From: an uncultured Eubacteriales bacterium
Lineage (GTDB): Bacteria > Bacillota > Clostridia > Oscillospirales > CAG-382
NCBI GenBank assembly: GCA_934444645.1
Contig: CAKSCV010000002.1
Location: 70,464-134,463, forward strand
DNA length: 64,000 bases
Reading direction: 5' to 3'
The notes under the pieces are model-generated. The model saw nothing but the letters and a program-made list of their open reading frames with translations, was not told the DNA's origin and ran no database searches. This document shows, piece after piece, positions 12,183 to 20,831 of this stretch. The stretch's first letter is position 1. Every line of letters begins with the position of its first letter. The position numbers and the translations under genes were made by a program.

Positions 12183-12213
12183 AAGAAGGAACGGCTGCCG
12201 TTCCTTCTTTTAT
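12183..12213 (+). terminator. Intrinsic terminator of groESL
   Basis: Hairpin GAAGGAACGG (12185-12194) / CCGTTCCTTC (12198-12207) followed by TTTTAT. Confidence 0.85.
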
Positions 12214-12236
12214 AGAATGTACTGTTTGCAGAAAAT

Positions 12237-12275
12237 GCACCCGACGAATCGACCGGATTTGTCGGGTGCGTTTTT
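12237..12275. terminator. Second hairpin in the convergent gap (probable terminator of the minus-strand AraC gene; also has a T-run on +)
   Basis: GCACCCGAC (12237-12245) / GTCGGGTGC (12261-12269). It is followed by GTTTTTA on + and by ATTTTCTGC on the minus strand. Confidence 0.6.
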
Positions 12276-13077
12276 AATTGGATTTATACCGTGCCGCATA
12301 GCCGCTCGGCGTCAGGCCCGTGCTTTTTTTGAAGATGCGGCAAAAGTTGCTGAAATCCGAAAAACCGCACTGTTCGACGATTCTTCCGACAGGCTCATCG
12401 GTTTTCACAAGCATTTTTTTGGCTTCGGCAAGGCGGCAGGAAAGCAAAAATTCCATGACCGACACGCCGGTGACTTTTTTGAAATTGTGCGATAAAAACG
12501 ATTGACTCACGCAAAACCGCGCCGACAGCTCCCTTAACGAATAGCTTTCCCGAAATTCTGTCGCTAACAGCTCCTGCACGCCGGAAACAATCTCAAAAAC
12601 CGCTGTGTCAACGGTTGTATCGGTAAATGCTGCATGGCGGTAAATGAATACCAAAAGCTCGTTTAATAAAAGCTCCTGCATTTCGGTTTTCATCGCATTT
12701 TCCGATGTATATTCGCGTAACAGCCGAACAAACAGATGGCGAATATCCGCAAAATCCGCACCGGTTTGCAGAATGTTATTAAAATGCTCGGGACGGTTGA
12801 AAAGAATGGCATACAGCTTTGGGTGATCCGCGTATTTGGCGTGTGGCCGGATGCGAAGGATATAGCGCTTATAATCGCTGCTTGCATCAAAAATGGAATG
12901 TTCCTCAAACCTGCTGATGATGAGAATATTCCCGGCGCATATTGTCTGTTCACGCCCGTTTAGGTGGAGGTGAGATGAGCCGCTTGTCACAAACAAAATC
13001 TGATGGCAGTCGTGATAGTGCGCCAAGGCCGGTCGGCCGGTATCGGCAAAATATAACGAATGTATAAGATTTTCCAT
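12274..13077 (-). CDS. AraC/XylS-family transcriptional regulator (cupin-like N-terminal sensor + double HTH)
   Basis: The C-terminal part 'LSARFCVSQSFLSHNFKKVTG...GFSDFSNFCRIFKKSTGLTPSGY' matches the AraC HTH signature. The gene is divergent from the oxidoreductase operon. Confidence 0.9.
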   Translation of the reverse strand: MENLIHSLYFADTGRPALAHYHDCHQILFVTSGSSHLHLNGREQTICAGNILIISRFEEHSIFDASSDYKRYILRIRPHAKYADHPKLYAILFNRPEHFNNILQTGADFADIRHLFVRLLREYTSENAMKTEMQELLLNELLVFIYRHAAFTDTTVDTAVFEIVSGVQELLATEFRESYSLRELSARFCVSQSFLSHNFKKVTGVSVMEFLLSCRLAEAKKMLVKTDEPVGRIVEQCGFSDFSNFCRIFKKSTGLTPSGYAARYKSN

Positions 13078-13153
13078 AAAATATCACCTGTATAAAGTAT
13101 AGCATAGCTTTTTCAAAAATGCAAGATTTACATAATAAAAAGCGCATCCTTTA

Positions 13154-13182
13154 TAACACTTTTTTTTCGAATGTGGTACAAT
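13154..13182 (+). promoter_or_regulatory. Candidate activator-dependent promoter of the 13.2-20.6 kb operon
   Basis: Extended -10 TGgTACAAT (13174-13182) with a poor -35 (TAACAC, 13154-13159) at 17-nt spacing. The weak -35 fits a promoter that needs the divergent AraC protein. Confidence 0.45.
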
Positions 13183-13205
13183 GACGGCAGAATGGAGGGA
13201 TATCT

Positions 13206-14525
13206 TTGAAACACAGCGTTTATTTGAGCAAAGAGGAGTTTCTTTCACAAAACAGCAAGCTTTCAGCAAACCTGCCGTATTCGGATAGCATGGATGCCCT
13301 TGCAGAGCCGTTTTTGCTTGGAAAACACCGGTTTTCCAACCGCCTTGCCTGTCAGGCTATGGAGGGCTGTGACGGAACGGCTTCCGGCGAGCCGGATGTG
13401 CTTACCAAACGCCGTTACCGCCGCTTTGCGGAGGGAGGTGCCAGTGTTATCTGGTTTGAAGCAACCGCCGTCATGGCGGAAGCACGTGCCAATCCGCGCC
13501 AGTTATACATAAATGAGAATAATCTTGACGCTTTCAAGCGCATTGTCGAGGACATTCGTCAGACCGCCATGAAAACAAACGGCTATGTGCCTGTCATTTT
13601 TATGCAGGCGACCCACTCCGGCCGCTATTCCAAGCCGCACGGCGTTCCCGAACCGCTTATCGCGTACAACAACCCGATTTTCGAGAAAGACGCACCGATT
13701 TCGCCCGACCGCATTGTTACCGATGACTATCTCGACCGCGTCGGGGAAGCTCTCGTTCACGGCGCACACCTTGCGGAAAAAGCCGGCTTTGACGGCGTGG
13801 ATATCAAGTGCTGCCATCGATACTTAAACTGTGAGCTGTTGTCCGCCTATGAGCGCAAAGGCCGCTATGGCGGCTGCTTTGAGAACCGCACGCGCCTTCT
13901 TCGGGAAGCGGTGCAGGGAGCACTTGCTTCGGTCGGGCACGACTTTATCGTGTCGTCGCGGCTCAACGCCTACGACGGCTTCCCGTATCCGTACGGCTTC
14001 GGCGTAGCGACCGACGGCAGCATCGATGTTGACCTTGCCGAGCCGAAAAAACTAATACAGCTTTTATACGATTACGGTGTGCGTATTCTCAACATTACCA
14101 TGGGAAACCCGTATTTCAATCCGCACGTCAACCGTCCGTTCTCACACGGCGCGTATGAACCGCCCGAGCATCCGCTTGTCGGCGTAAAGCGTGTGCTTGA
14201 AGGGACGGCAGAGCTGAAAAAGGCCGTGCCGGGTATGGCGCTTATCTCGTCGGCCGTGTCCTTTTTGGGTGTTTGCGCACCGCACGTGACGGCGGCTTAT
14301 ATCGAAAGCGGTGCATTTGATTTTGCCGGTTTCGGACGAACTGTTTTTGCCTATCCCGATTTTGCACGCGATATTCTGGAGCACGGCGGCATGGATAAAA
14401 ACAAAATTTGTATCTGCTGCTCCAAATGCACCGAAATTATGCGTAAACCGGGCGGAACACCGGGCTGCGTGATTCGGGATAAAGACGTATATTTGCCGAT
14501 CTACAATAAATTATGTAAGGAGTAA
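13206..14525 (+). CDS. Old-yellow-enzyme-type NADH:flavin oxidoreductase / ene-reductase with C-terminal Cys cluster
   Basis: OYE/FadH-like blocks 'QATHSGRYS' and 'DIKCCHRYLNCELLS...RKGRYGG..ENRTR'. Cys cluster 'CICCSKC-x12-C' at 14409-14468. TTG start at 13206 sits behind SD 'GGAGGGA'. Confidence 0.85.
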   Translation: MKHSVYLSKEEFLSQNSKLSANLPYSDSMDALAEPFLLGKHRFSNRLACQAMEGCDGTASGEPDVLTKRRYRRFAEGGASVIWFEATAVMAEARANPRQLYINENNLDAFKRIVEDIRQTAMKTNGYVPVIFMQATHSGRYSKPHGVPEPLIAYNNPIFEKDAPISPDRIVTDDYLDRVGEALVHGAHLAEKAGFDGVDIKCCHRYLNCELLSAYERKGRYGGCFENRTRLLREAVQGALASVGHDFIVSSRLNAYDGFPYPYGFGVATDGSIDVDLAEPKKLIQLLYDYGVRILNITMGNPYFNPHVNRPFSHGAYEPPEHPLVGVKRVLEGTAELKKAVPGMALISSAVSFLGVCAPHVTAAYIESGAFDFAGFGRTVFAYPDFARDILEHGGMDKNKICICCSKCTEIMRKPGGTPGCVIRDKDVYLPIYNKLCKE

Positions 14526-14530
14526 GAACC

Positions 14531-15268
14531 ATGGAAAACAAGAAAATTGCACTGGTCACGGGTGTGGCAGGAGGCATCGGAAGTGCGGTGGCACACCTTT
14601 TTTTGGAAAACGGAATTGCCGTTATCGGTATGGATGTTGCACCACTTTCCCCGTTCGAAAAGGAAGCTTTTACCTATTTTCAGGGCGATCTTTCCGATAA
14701 GGCAAGCCGCGAAAACTATATCAAAACCGCCGTTGATACGTATGGGAAAATCGATATCCTTGTCAACGTTGCCGGTGTTGCGCCGAAGGTTCGGAATGAT
14801 CTTCTCGACATGACCGAGGAAAGCTACGATTTTGTTATGAACATCAATACCAAAGGCACGCTGTTTTTAACGCAAGCCGTGGCAAAGGTCATGATCGAAA
14901 ACCCGTCCGAGCAGAAAAGCATTGTCAACATTTCGTCCATGTCTGCCTATACCAGCTCCACCAGCCGCGGCGAATATTGCATTTCCAAGGCAGGTGTTTC
15001 CATGATTACCGCGCTCTTTGCCGACCGTCTTGCCGAATACGGCATCCCGGTAAACGAAATCCGTCCGGGTATTATTGCAACCGGTATGACGGCAACCGTC
15101 AAGGGCAAGTATGATGCGCTCATCGACGGCGGTCTTTTGCCGATCAAGCGTTGGGGCAAGCCGGAGGATATAGCAAAAGCCGTTCTTGCACTTGTTGACG
15201 GCAGTCTGCCGTATGTGACGGGACAATCGATCGATGTGGACGGCGGCTTCCACATCCGGAGGCTGTAA
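14531..15268 (+). CDS. Short-chain dehydrogenase/reductase (SDR)
   Basis: 'TGVAGGIGSA' (TGxxxGxG), 'NVAG', and the catalytic Ser...'YCISK' (YxxxK). Confidence 0.9.
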   Translation: MENKKIALVTGVAGGIGSAVAHLFLENGIAVIGMDVAPLSPFEKEAFTYFQGDLSDKASRENYIKTAVDTYGKIDILVNVAGVAPKVRNDLLDMTEESYDFVMNINTKGTLFLTQAVAKVMIENPSEQKSIVNISSMSAYTSSTSRGEYCISKAGVSMITALFADRLAEYGIPVNEIRPGIIATGMTATVKGKYDALIDGGLLPIKRWGKPEDIAKAVLALVDGSLPYVTGQSIDVDGGFHIRRL

Positions 15269-15269
15269 G

Positions 15270-17171
15270 ATGGACTATTTGACATACGATGTTGTGGTCA
15301 TCGGCAGTGGTGCCGCCGGGTTCAACGCTGCCAACCGTATCAGGCAAAACAGCGGCCTTTCCGTGGCACTTTTAACCGAAGACCGGAATTCCGGCACATC
15401 GCGCAACACCGGCAGCGACAAGCAAACCTATTATAAGCTCGGTATCAGCGGCGACTCGCCCGACAGCGTGAGCCTTATGGCTGAGGAGCTGTTTTCCTGC
15501 GGCAGTGTAGACGGCGACAACGCCCTTTGCGAGGCGGCACTTTCTTTACGCTGCTTTATGAATTTAGCCGAACTCGGCGTGCCGTTTCCGACCGACCGCT
15601 ATGGTCAGACCGTCGGCTATAAAACCGACCACGACTTGCATGAACGGGCAACCTCCGCAGGGCCATTGACCTCTCGGTTTATGACGGAGGCTTTGGAAAA
15701 AAAGGCGAAAGAGCTGAAGATCGATGTTTTAGACGGCTATCTTGCCACGCGGCTTTTAACCGATGAAAACGGCGTTCTCGGCGTGTGCGGTATTCTTGCC
15801 AAAACCGGCGAGCCGTTCGGCGTAAAGGCCGGAAACATCGTTCTTGCTACCGGCGGCCCTGCCGGAATTTATGCCGACAGCGTATATCCGAAAAGCCAAA
15901 CCGGCTGTCTTTCGCTTGCGCTCCTTGCCGGCGTGCAGCTGCAGAATCTCACCGAGTGGCAATACGGTCTTGCTTCGACCGAGCCGCGCTGGAACGTTTC
16001 GGGAACGTATATGCAGGTGCTGCCGCGGTTTGTTTCGGTGGAGGATGACGGCACAGAGCATGAATTTCTGTCTGACTATTTTCACGACCCGTATGAAGCA
16101 CTTTCCACCGTGTTTTTAAAAGGGTATCAATGGCCGTTTGACAGCAAAAAGGTGCTTGACGGTTCTTCGGTCATCGACCTTTTGGTATACACGGAAACAG
16201 CCGTTAAGAAACGCAAGGTTTATTTGGATTATACGAAAAATCCGTTCGGACTTGCAGCCATCGATTTTGAAAAGCTTTCGCCCGAAGCGTATACCTATCT
16301 GCAAAAAGCGGACGCTCTTTTCGGTACACCGATCGAGCGGCTTCTCAAAATGAACGCTCCGGCGGTCGAGCTGTATCGCAGCAAAGGCACGGATATTGCC
16401 AAAGACTATCTGCCGATTGCGCTTTGTGCCCAACATCACAACGGCGGCATCGCGGTGGATCTCTGGTGGCAGACCAATGTCAAAGGCTTGTTTGCGGTCG
16501 GCGAGTGTGCCGGAACACACGGGATCGTCCGTCCCGGAGGCTCGGCACTCAATGCCGGTCAGGTCGGTTCTCTGCGTGCGGCGGAATATATCTGCCGTTA
16601 TCCGAAAACCGCCGATAAAGATCACTTCGAAAAAGCATATGCAGACGAGAAAGCCGCCTTGCAAAAGACGCTGCAGGATGTGATAAAGAACGAAAATACC
16701 GCCGATAAGCATATCGCCGAAGCACGGCGCCGTATGAGCGATTCGGCAGCAGCCATCCGTGATCCGAAGGAATTGAAGGCAGTGCTTGCACAAACCGAAC
16801 ACGCACTTTCCGTTTGTTCGCAAGAATTCGGCATTACGGATAAAAGCGACTATGTCAAGTACCAAAAATATATCGATATTTTGCTTACCCAACGCGCTAT
16901 GATAAACGCCTTCCTAGACTATGCCGAAACGGTCGGCGATACACGCGGCTCGGCTTTGTATTACGCGCCGGACGGCGCACTCAGAGAAGGACTTTCCGAA
17001 ATGTTCCGTCTTAAAGCGGAGCATCAAGCGGCAAAGGACAAGATTCAAACCGTGATCTGGACGGACGGAAGAATCACCTGCACCTGGCGTCCTGTTCGTC
17101 CGATTCCGGACCTTGACGGCTTTTTTGAAAATGTTTGGCGTTCCTTCCGCGAAAACGGAAATGTCTATTAA
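15270..17171 (+). CDS. FAD-binding flavoprotein of the succinate dehydrogenase/fumarate reductase/L-aspartate oxidase superfamily
   Basis: 'YDVVVIGSGAAG' dinucleotide fold, 'AQHHNGGIAVD', and 'LFAVGECAGTHG..RPGGSALNAGQV'. ATG 15270 is 1 nt after the SDR stop codon. Confidence 0.8.
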   Translation: MDYLTYDVVVIGSGAAGFNAANRIRQNSGLSVALLTEDRNSGTSRNTGSDKQTYYKLGISGDSPDSVSLMAEELFSCGSVDGDNALCEAALSLRCFMNLAELGVPFPTDRYGQTVGYKTDHDLHERATSAGPLTSRFMTEALEKKAKELKIDVLDGYLATRLLTDENGVLGVCGILAKTGEPFGVKAGNIVLATGGPAGIYADSVYPKSQTGCLSLALLAGVQLQNLTEWQYGLASTEPRWNVSGTYMQVLPRFVSVEDDGTEHEFLSDYFHDPYEALSTVFLKGYQWPFDSKKVLDGSSVIDLLVYTETAVKKRKVYLDYTKNPFGLAAIDFEKLSPEAYTYLQKADALFGTPIERLLKMNAPAVELYRSKGTDIAKDYLPIALCAQHHNGGIAVDLWWQTNVKGLFAVGECAGTHGIVRPGGSALNAGQVGSLRAAEYICRYPKTADKDHFEKAYADEKAALQKTLQDVIKNENTADKHIAEARRRMSDSAAAIRDPKELKAVLAQTEHALSVCSQEFGITDKSDYVKYQKYIDILLTQRAMINAFLDYAETVGDTRGSALYYAPDGALREGLSEMFRLKAEHQAAKDKIQTVIWTDGRITCTWRPVRPIPDLDGFFENVWRSFRENGNVY

Positions 17172-17184
17172 AGGAGCGAAAGCC

Positions 17185-18843
17185 ATGAAAGAGATCTATA
17201 TTGATATCATGGAGCGGGCTTTTCACGCCTATGATAAAGAACGCATTATCACCTATATCGACGAAGTCGGGCAAGACGGACTCTATGAGCACGGCTTTCC
17301 GAGGCTTACGGCGGATTTGGCAATTTTGAACGCGTTTGGCCGTTGTACCGAATATCGTGAGCTTATGCTCGGAATGATGGGGATGTGCTGCGAAAAGATG
17401 CCGCATAACAAGGCGGCCAATGAATTTTCTGTGCGGGAGATTGTCTGCGCTATAAAGCTTTTGGAAAAAACAAAAACGGTTGAACCGTGGCGGATTCAGG
17501 GCTGGATCAACGCTTTGTCGACATTTGACCCGTATTCCGATTATAACGTGGTCACAAAGCCGTTTGAATCGCGCGGGAACTGGGCGGCATTCGGCGCAGT
17601 CAGTGAGATCGTGCGAAGCAAGCTGTGCGGCGTGGACAGCTCGGTTTTCATTGATAATCAGATATCGTCGCTGCTCGGCGATTTCGATGTAAACGGTATG
17701 TATAAAGACCCGCATAACCCGATGGTCTATGATTTCGTGACGCGTGTATTGTTAGAGTATATGCTCTTTGCCGGGTATAACGGCAAGTATCGGCGTATTC
17801 TCGAACAGCACGTGCAAGAGGCTTCTTATTATGCGGCGCACCTGCAATCGGTCACCGGCGAAATGCCGTTCGGCGGCAGAAGCAATCAGTTCTTGCATAA
17901 TCAGATGTGGCTTGCGGCGGATTATGAGTTTTTGGCAACATTTTTTGCCGCACGCGGCGATTTGCAAAAAGCCGGTGAATTCAAGGCCGCAGCACGCAAG
18001 GCGGCGGAAAACTTAACGCCGTGGCTGTCGATGTCCTCCTTGCGTTCCTTAAAGAACCGCTATCCGATCCGTACCATGATCGGCTGTGAGGGATACGGCT
18101 ATTTCAACAAATATATGATTACGCTTGCATCGATTGCTTTTATTGCATATCAGTTTGCTGATGACAGCATTCTGCCGACCGCAGCACCCTGTGAAAAGGG
18201 CGGCTATGTCTGCCGTACAAGCGATGCGTTCCATAAGGTTGTTTTGAACGGCTTCGGCTATTCGATGGAAATCGATACAAACGCCGATTTTGGTTATGAC
18301 GCCTGCGGACTCGGTAAATTGCAAAAGGCCGGTTATCCCGATACCCTTTGCCTTTCCGTGCCGTTTCCGCCGAAGGACGCAAACTATAACACGGAACAGG
18401 AAAACATCCGTGCCATGTCGCTTTGTCCGTATTTTGAGAAGGATGGAAAAACGCTGTACGGCTCGGAATATCCGCTTGCCTATGTCGGGGAGAGCGTAAC
18501 GGACGATGAAATAACCGTCCGATTTACCCAAGAACCGGACGGAAACCGGATTGAGCTTGCCTATTCGCTTTCGCCTTCCGGAGCAGCATTAAAGGCAACC
18601 GGCGACGTAACGGGATTCATGCTTCCGGTGTTTGAATGCGACGGCGGATGTGACATCGAAAGCTGCACGAAAATAACCGAAAAAGACGGGGAGCTTGCCG
18701 TCTCGTATCAAAACCATATCTGCCGTTTTCTTTTCGAGGCACCTCTTGACAAAGCGTTTGAAAGATACTATAATCGAAACGGACGGTATCGCGTTTATAA
18801 GGTTCCGGCTAAAGGGATCCGTATTACGTTTGAGGAGGAATAG
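17185..18843 (+). CDS. Hypothetical protein (552 aa), no recognisable motif; possibly an alpha/alpha-toroid plus beta-sandwich fold
   Basis: Long ORF within the operon. SD 'AAAGGAG' lies 8 nt upstream of ATG 17185. The N-terminal two-thirds look helix-rich and the C-terminal third strand-rich. Confidence 0.65.
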   Translation: MKEIYIDIMERAFHAYDKERIITYIDEVGQDGLYEHGFPRLTADLAILNAFGRCTEYRELMLGMMGMCCEKMPHNKAANEFSVREIVCAIKLLEKTKTVEPWRIQGWINALSTFDPYSDYNVVTKPFESRGNWAAFGAVSEIVRSKLCGVDSSVFIDNQISSLLGDFDVNGMYKDPHNPMVYDFVTRVLLEYMLFAGYNGKYRRILEQHVQEASYYAAHLQSVTGEMPFGGRSNQFLHNQMWLAADYEFLATFFAARGDLQKAGEFKAAARKAAENLTPWLSMSSLRSLKNRYPIRTMIGCEGYGYFNKYMITLASIAFIAYQFADDSILPTAAPCEKGGYVCRTSDAFHKVVLNGFGYSMEIDTNADFGYDACGLGKLQKAGYPDTLCLSVPFPPKDANYNTEQENIRAMSLCPYFEKDGKTLYGSEYPLAYVGESVTDDEITVRFTQEPDGNRIELAYSLSPSGAALKATGDVTGFMLPVFECDGGCDIESCTKITEKDGELAVSYQNHICRFLFEAPLDKAFERYYNRNGRYRVYKVPAKGIRITFEEE

Positions 18844-18846
18844 CCT

Positions 18847-19599
18847 ATGAATTCTTATCGTTTGGGACTTGTGTCGGTTTCTTTTCGTTCGCATACGCCG
18901 CAGGATATCTTAACGGCCATGAACCGTGCAGGATTAGACTGTATCGAATGGGGCGGCGACGTTCATGCGCCGGCCGAGGACATGGAAAAAGTCGGCCTTC
19001 TGGCTGTACTCCAAAAGGAATACGGTGTCATTTGCTCATCCTACGGCACCTATTTTCGCATCGGCGTGTCTCCGCTTGAGGAATTGCCTTCGGTTGTTGC
19101 TGCGGCCAAAACACTCGGAACGAATATCATTCGCCTGTGGGCAGGCAATGAGGGAAGCGCGGCTTATACCGGGCAAAAGAAAGAGGATTTTTTCTCCGAA
19201 TGCCGTAAGATCGTAAACATTGGTGTTGAAAACTATGTGATTTTCTGCTTGGAGTGCCACAATTGGACCTACACGGACACAAAGGAAACAGCCTTAGAAC
19301 TCATGGAAGCTGTTGATTCACCGAATTTCAGAATGTATTGGCAGCCGAATCAGTTTAAGAGCATTGAAGAAAACATTGCCTACGCCAAGCTGCTTGCGCC
19401 GTATACCGAGCACATTCACGTGTTCAACTGGAAAGGCGAACAAAAAATGCCGCTAGGCGAAGCTGTCGATGTGTGGAAACGCTATTTGACTGCATTTGAT
19501 ACGAACAAAACGCTGCTTTTGGAGTTTATGCCGGACGGCGACATTCACTCACTTGAGAGGGAAGCAGCGGTTTTGAGAAGAATTGTGGAGGGCGTGTAG
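18847..19599 (+). CDS. Sugar phosphate isomerase/epimerase (xylose-isomerase-like TIM barrel)
   Basis: About 250 aa starting 'LGLVSVSFR', with further blocks '..IEWGGD', '..IRLWAG', '..CLECH' and '..EHIHVFN'. These are the conserved metal-ligand and barrel pattern of the AP-endonuclease-2/xylose-isomerase-like family. Confidence 0.8.
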   Translation: MNSYRLGLVSVSFRSHTPQDILTAMNRAGLDCIEWGGDVHAPAEDMEKVGLLAVLQKEYGVICSSYGTYFRIGVSPLEELPSVVAAAKTLGTNIIRLWAGNEGSAAYTGQKKEDFFSECRKIVNIGVENYVIFCLECHNWTYTDTKETALELMEAVDSPNFRMYWQPNQFKSIEENIAYAKLLAPYTEHIHVFNWKGEQKMPLGEAVDVWKRYLTAFDTNKTLLLEFMPDGDIHSLEREAAVLRRIVEGV

Positions 19600-20616
19600 A
19601 TGTGCATGAAGAAAACCGCAAAAAGCATTTTGTTAAGCAATAGCTTTGAAAAATTAGCAAGCGTTTACAGTACGGAGGTGCTCGAAAAACTGAAGACCGT
19701 TGCCGGTCTTGACGCAGCTTTCCGCAACAAGACGATGATCCTTGCCGATAAAGCTGCTTTTGCCGATACCGAGTATATTTTTTCCACATGGGGAATGCCG
19801 GTGTTTGACGAAGCCGAAATTGCCGCGTGCTTTCCCAAACTGAAAGCGGTCTTTTATGCTGCCGGAAGTGTGCAGGAGTTTGCAAGACCCTTTCTGAATG
19901 CGCATATCAAAGTCTTTTCCGCCTGGGCGGCCAATGCCGTTCCGGTCGCCGAGTATACAGCCGCGCAGATCGTTTTGGGTATGAAAGGTTTTTTTGCGGC
20001 ATCTCGTTTGTTTAAGAAATCTTACCGCGACGCAAGAACACGTTTTGCCGAATATCCCGGCGTGTATGATGAAACCGTCGGTATCATCGGTGCCGGCATG
20101 ATCGGCAAAATGGTGATTGAAAAGCTGAAGGACCTGCATCTGAACGTCCTTGTTTTTGATCCGTTTTTGCCCGATGAAAAAGCGAAGGAGCTCGGCGTTG
20201 TCAAATGCGAACTTCCGGAGCTTTTCGAAAAATCCTTTGTGATATCCAACCATTTGGCCAATAACGCGCAAACCAAAGGAATGCTCGATTACAATCTGTT
20301 TGCAAGTATGCGCCGCAACGCCGTTTTTCTCAATACCGGACGCGGCGCTCAGGTTGTGGAAGACGATTTGGTGCGTGTACTCACCGAGCGGTCTGACCTT
20401 ACGGCTGTGTTGGATGTGACCTTTCCCGAGCCGCCGGTAAGCGGCCACCCTTTCTATACATTGGAAAACTGTGTATTAACGCCGCATATTGCCGGCAGCA
20501 GCGGCAACGAAGTTCATCGTATGGCGGAATACATGCTTGCAGAGTTTGAAAAAAACGAGCGTGAGCAGAGCAGTCCCTACGAAGTGACCTTGAAAATGTT
20601 AGAAACCATGTCTTAA
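19600..20616 (+). CDS. D-isomer-specific 2-hydroxyacid dehydrogenase family, NAD-binding
   Basis: 'VGIIGAGMIGK' Rossmann motif, catalytic Arg in 'LNTGRG', and His in 'TPHIAGSS'. The ATG directly follows the upstream stop codon. Confidence 0.85.
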   Translation: MCMKKTAKSILLSNSFEKLASVYSTEVLEKLKTVAGLDAAFRNKTMILADKAAFADTEYIFSTWGMPVFDEAEIAACFPKLKAVFYAAGSVQEFARPFLNAHIKVFSAWAANAVPVAEYTAAQIVLGMKGFFAASRLFKKSYRDARTRFAEYPGVYDETVGIIGAGMIGKMVIEKLKDLHLNVLVFDPFLPDEKAKELGVVKCELPELFEKSFVISNHLANNAQTKGMLDYNLFASMRRNAVFLNTGRGAQVVEDDLVRVLTERSDLTAVLDVTFPEPPVSGHPFYTLENCVLTPHIAGSSGNEVHRMAEYMLAEFEKNEREQSSPYEVTLKMLETMS

Positions 20617-20765
20617 ATACGAGCCGTGCGGCACAAGGAGAAATCCGAAGCCGTGCGGCTTTCTCTGTTGTCCTTTAGCAGGGGATTTGATCGCTCAGCA
20701 CGGCGTTTTTTCTCGAAAAACTTCCCAATTATCAAAAAAATGTCGCATATCGTGCAAAAATGGTA

Positions 20766-20794
20766 TTTACAAACCGCTTGTTTTGTGATATAAT
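20766..20794 (+). promoter_or_regulatory. Sigma-A-type promoter of rlmB
   Basis: TTTACA (20766-20771), a 17-nt spacer, then TATAAT (20789-20794), with an extended -10 TG at 20786-20787. Confidence 0.7.
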
Positions 20795-20831
20795 ACCATA
20801 GGTTATTTAGAATAATAGAGGAAGTCTTGCC

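Noticed and set aside
12178-12495. A 105-aa + strand ORF after groEL.
   Set aside because: It begins inside the groEL terminator hairpin, crosses the second hairpin, and is antisense to the AraC C-terminus.
16116-20448. Long antisense ORFs within the oxidoreductase operon (16116..16892, 17074..17715, 18049..18531, 19654..20448).
   Set aside because: Each overlaps a + strand gene with clear family motifs. None has a recognisable motif or translation signal. I regard them as shadow ORFs.
20638-20665. A hairpin (GAGAAATCCG / CGGCTTTCTC) after the 2-hydroxyacid dehydrogenase gene, considered as the operon terminator. Nearby is a duplicated GCCGTGCGGC decamer (about 20626 and 20650).
   Set aside because: The stem has a mismatch and is not followed by a T-run. 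The decamer duplication is short and could be chance. This is not solid enough to list as a feature.
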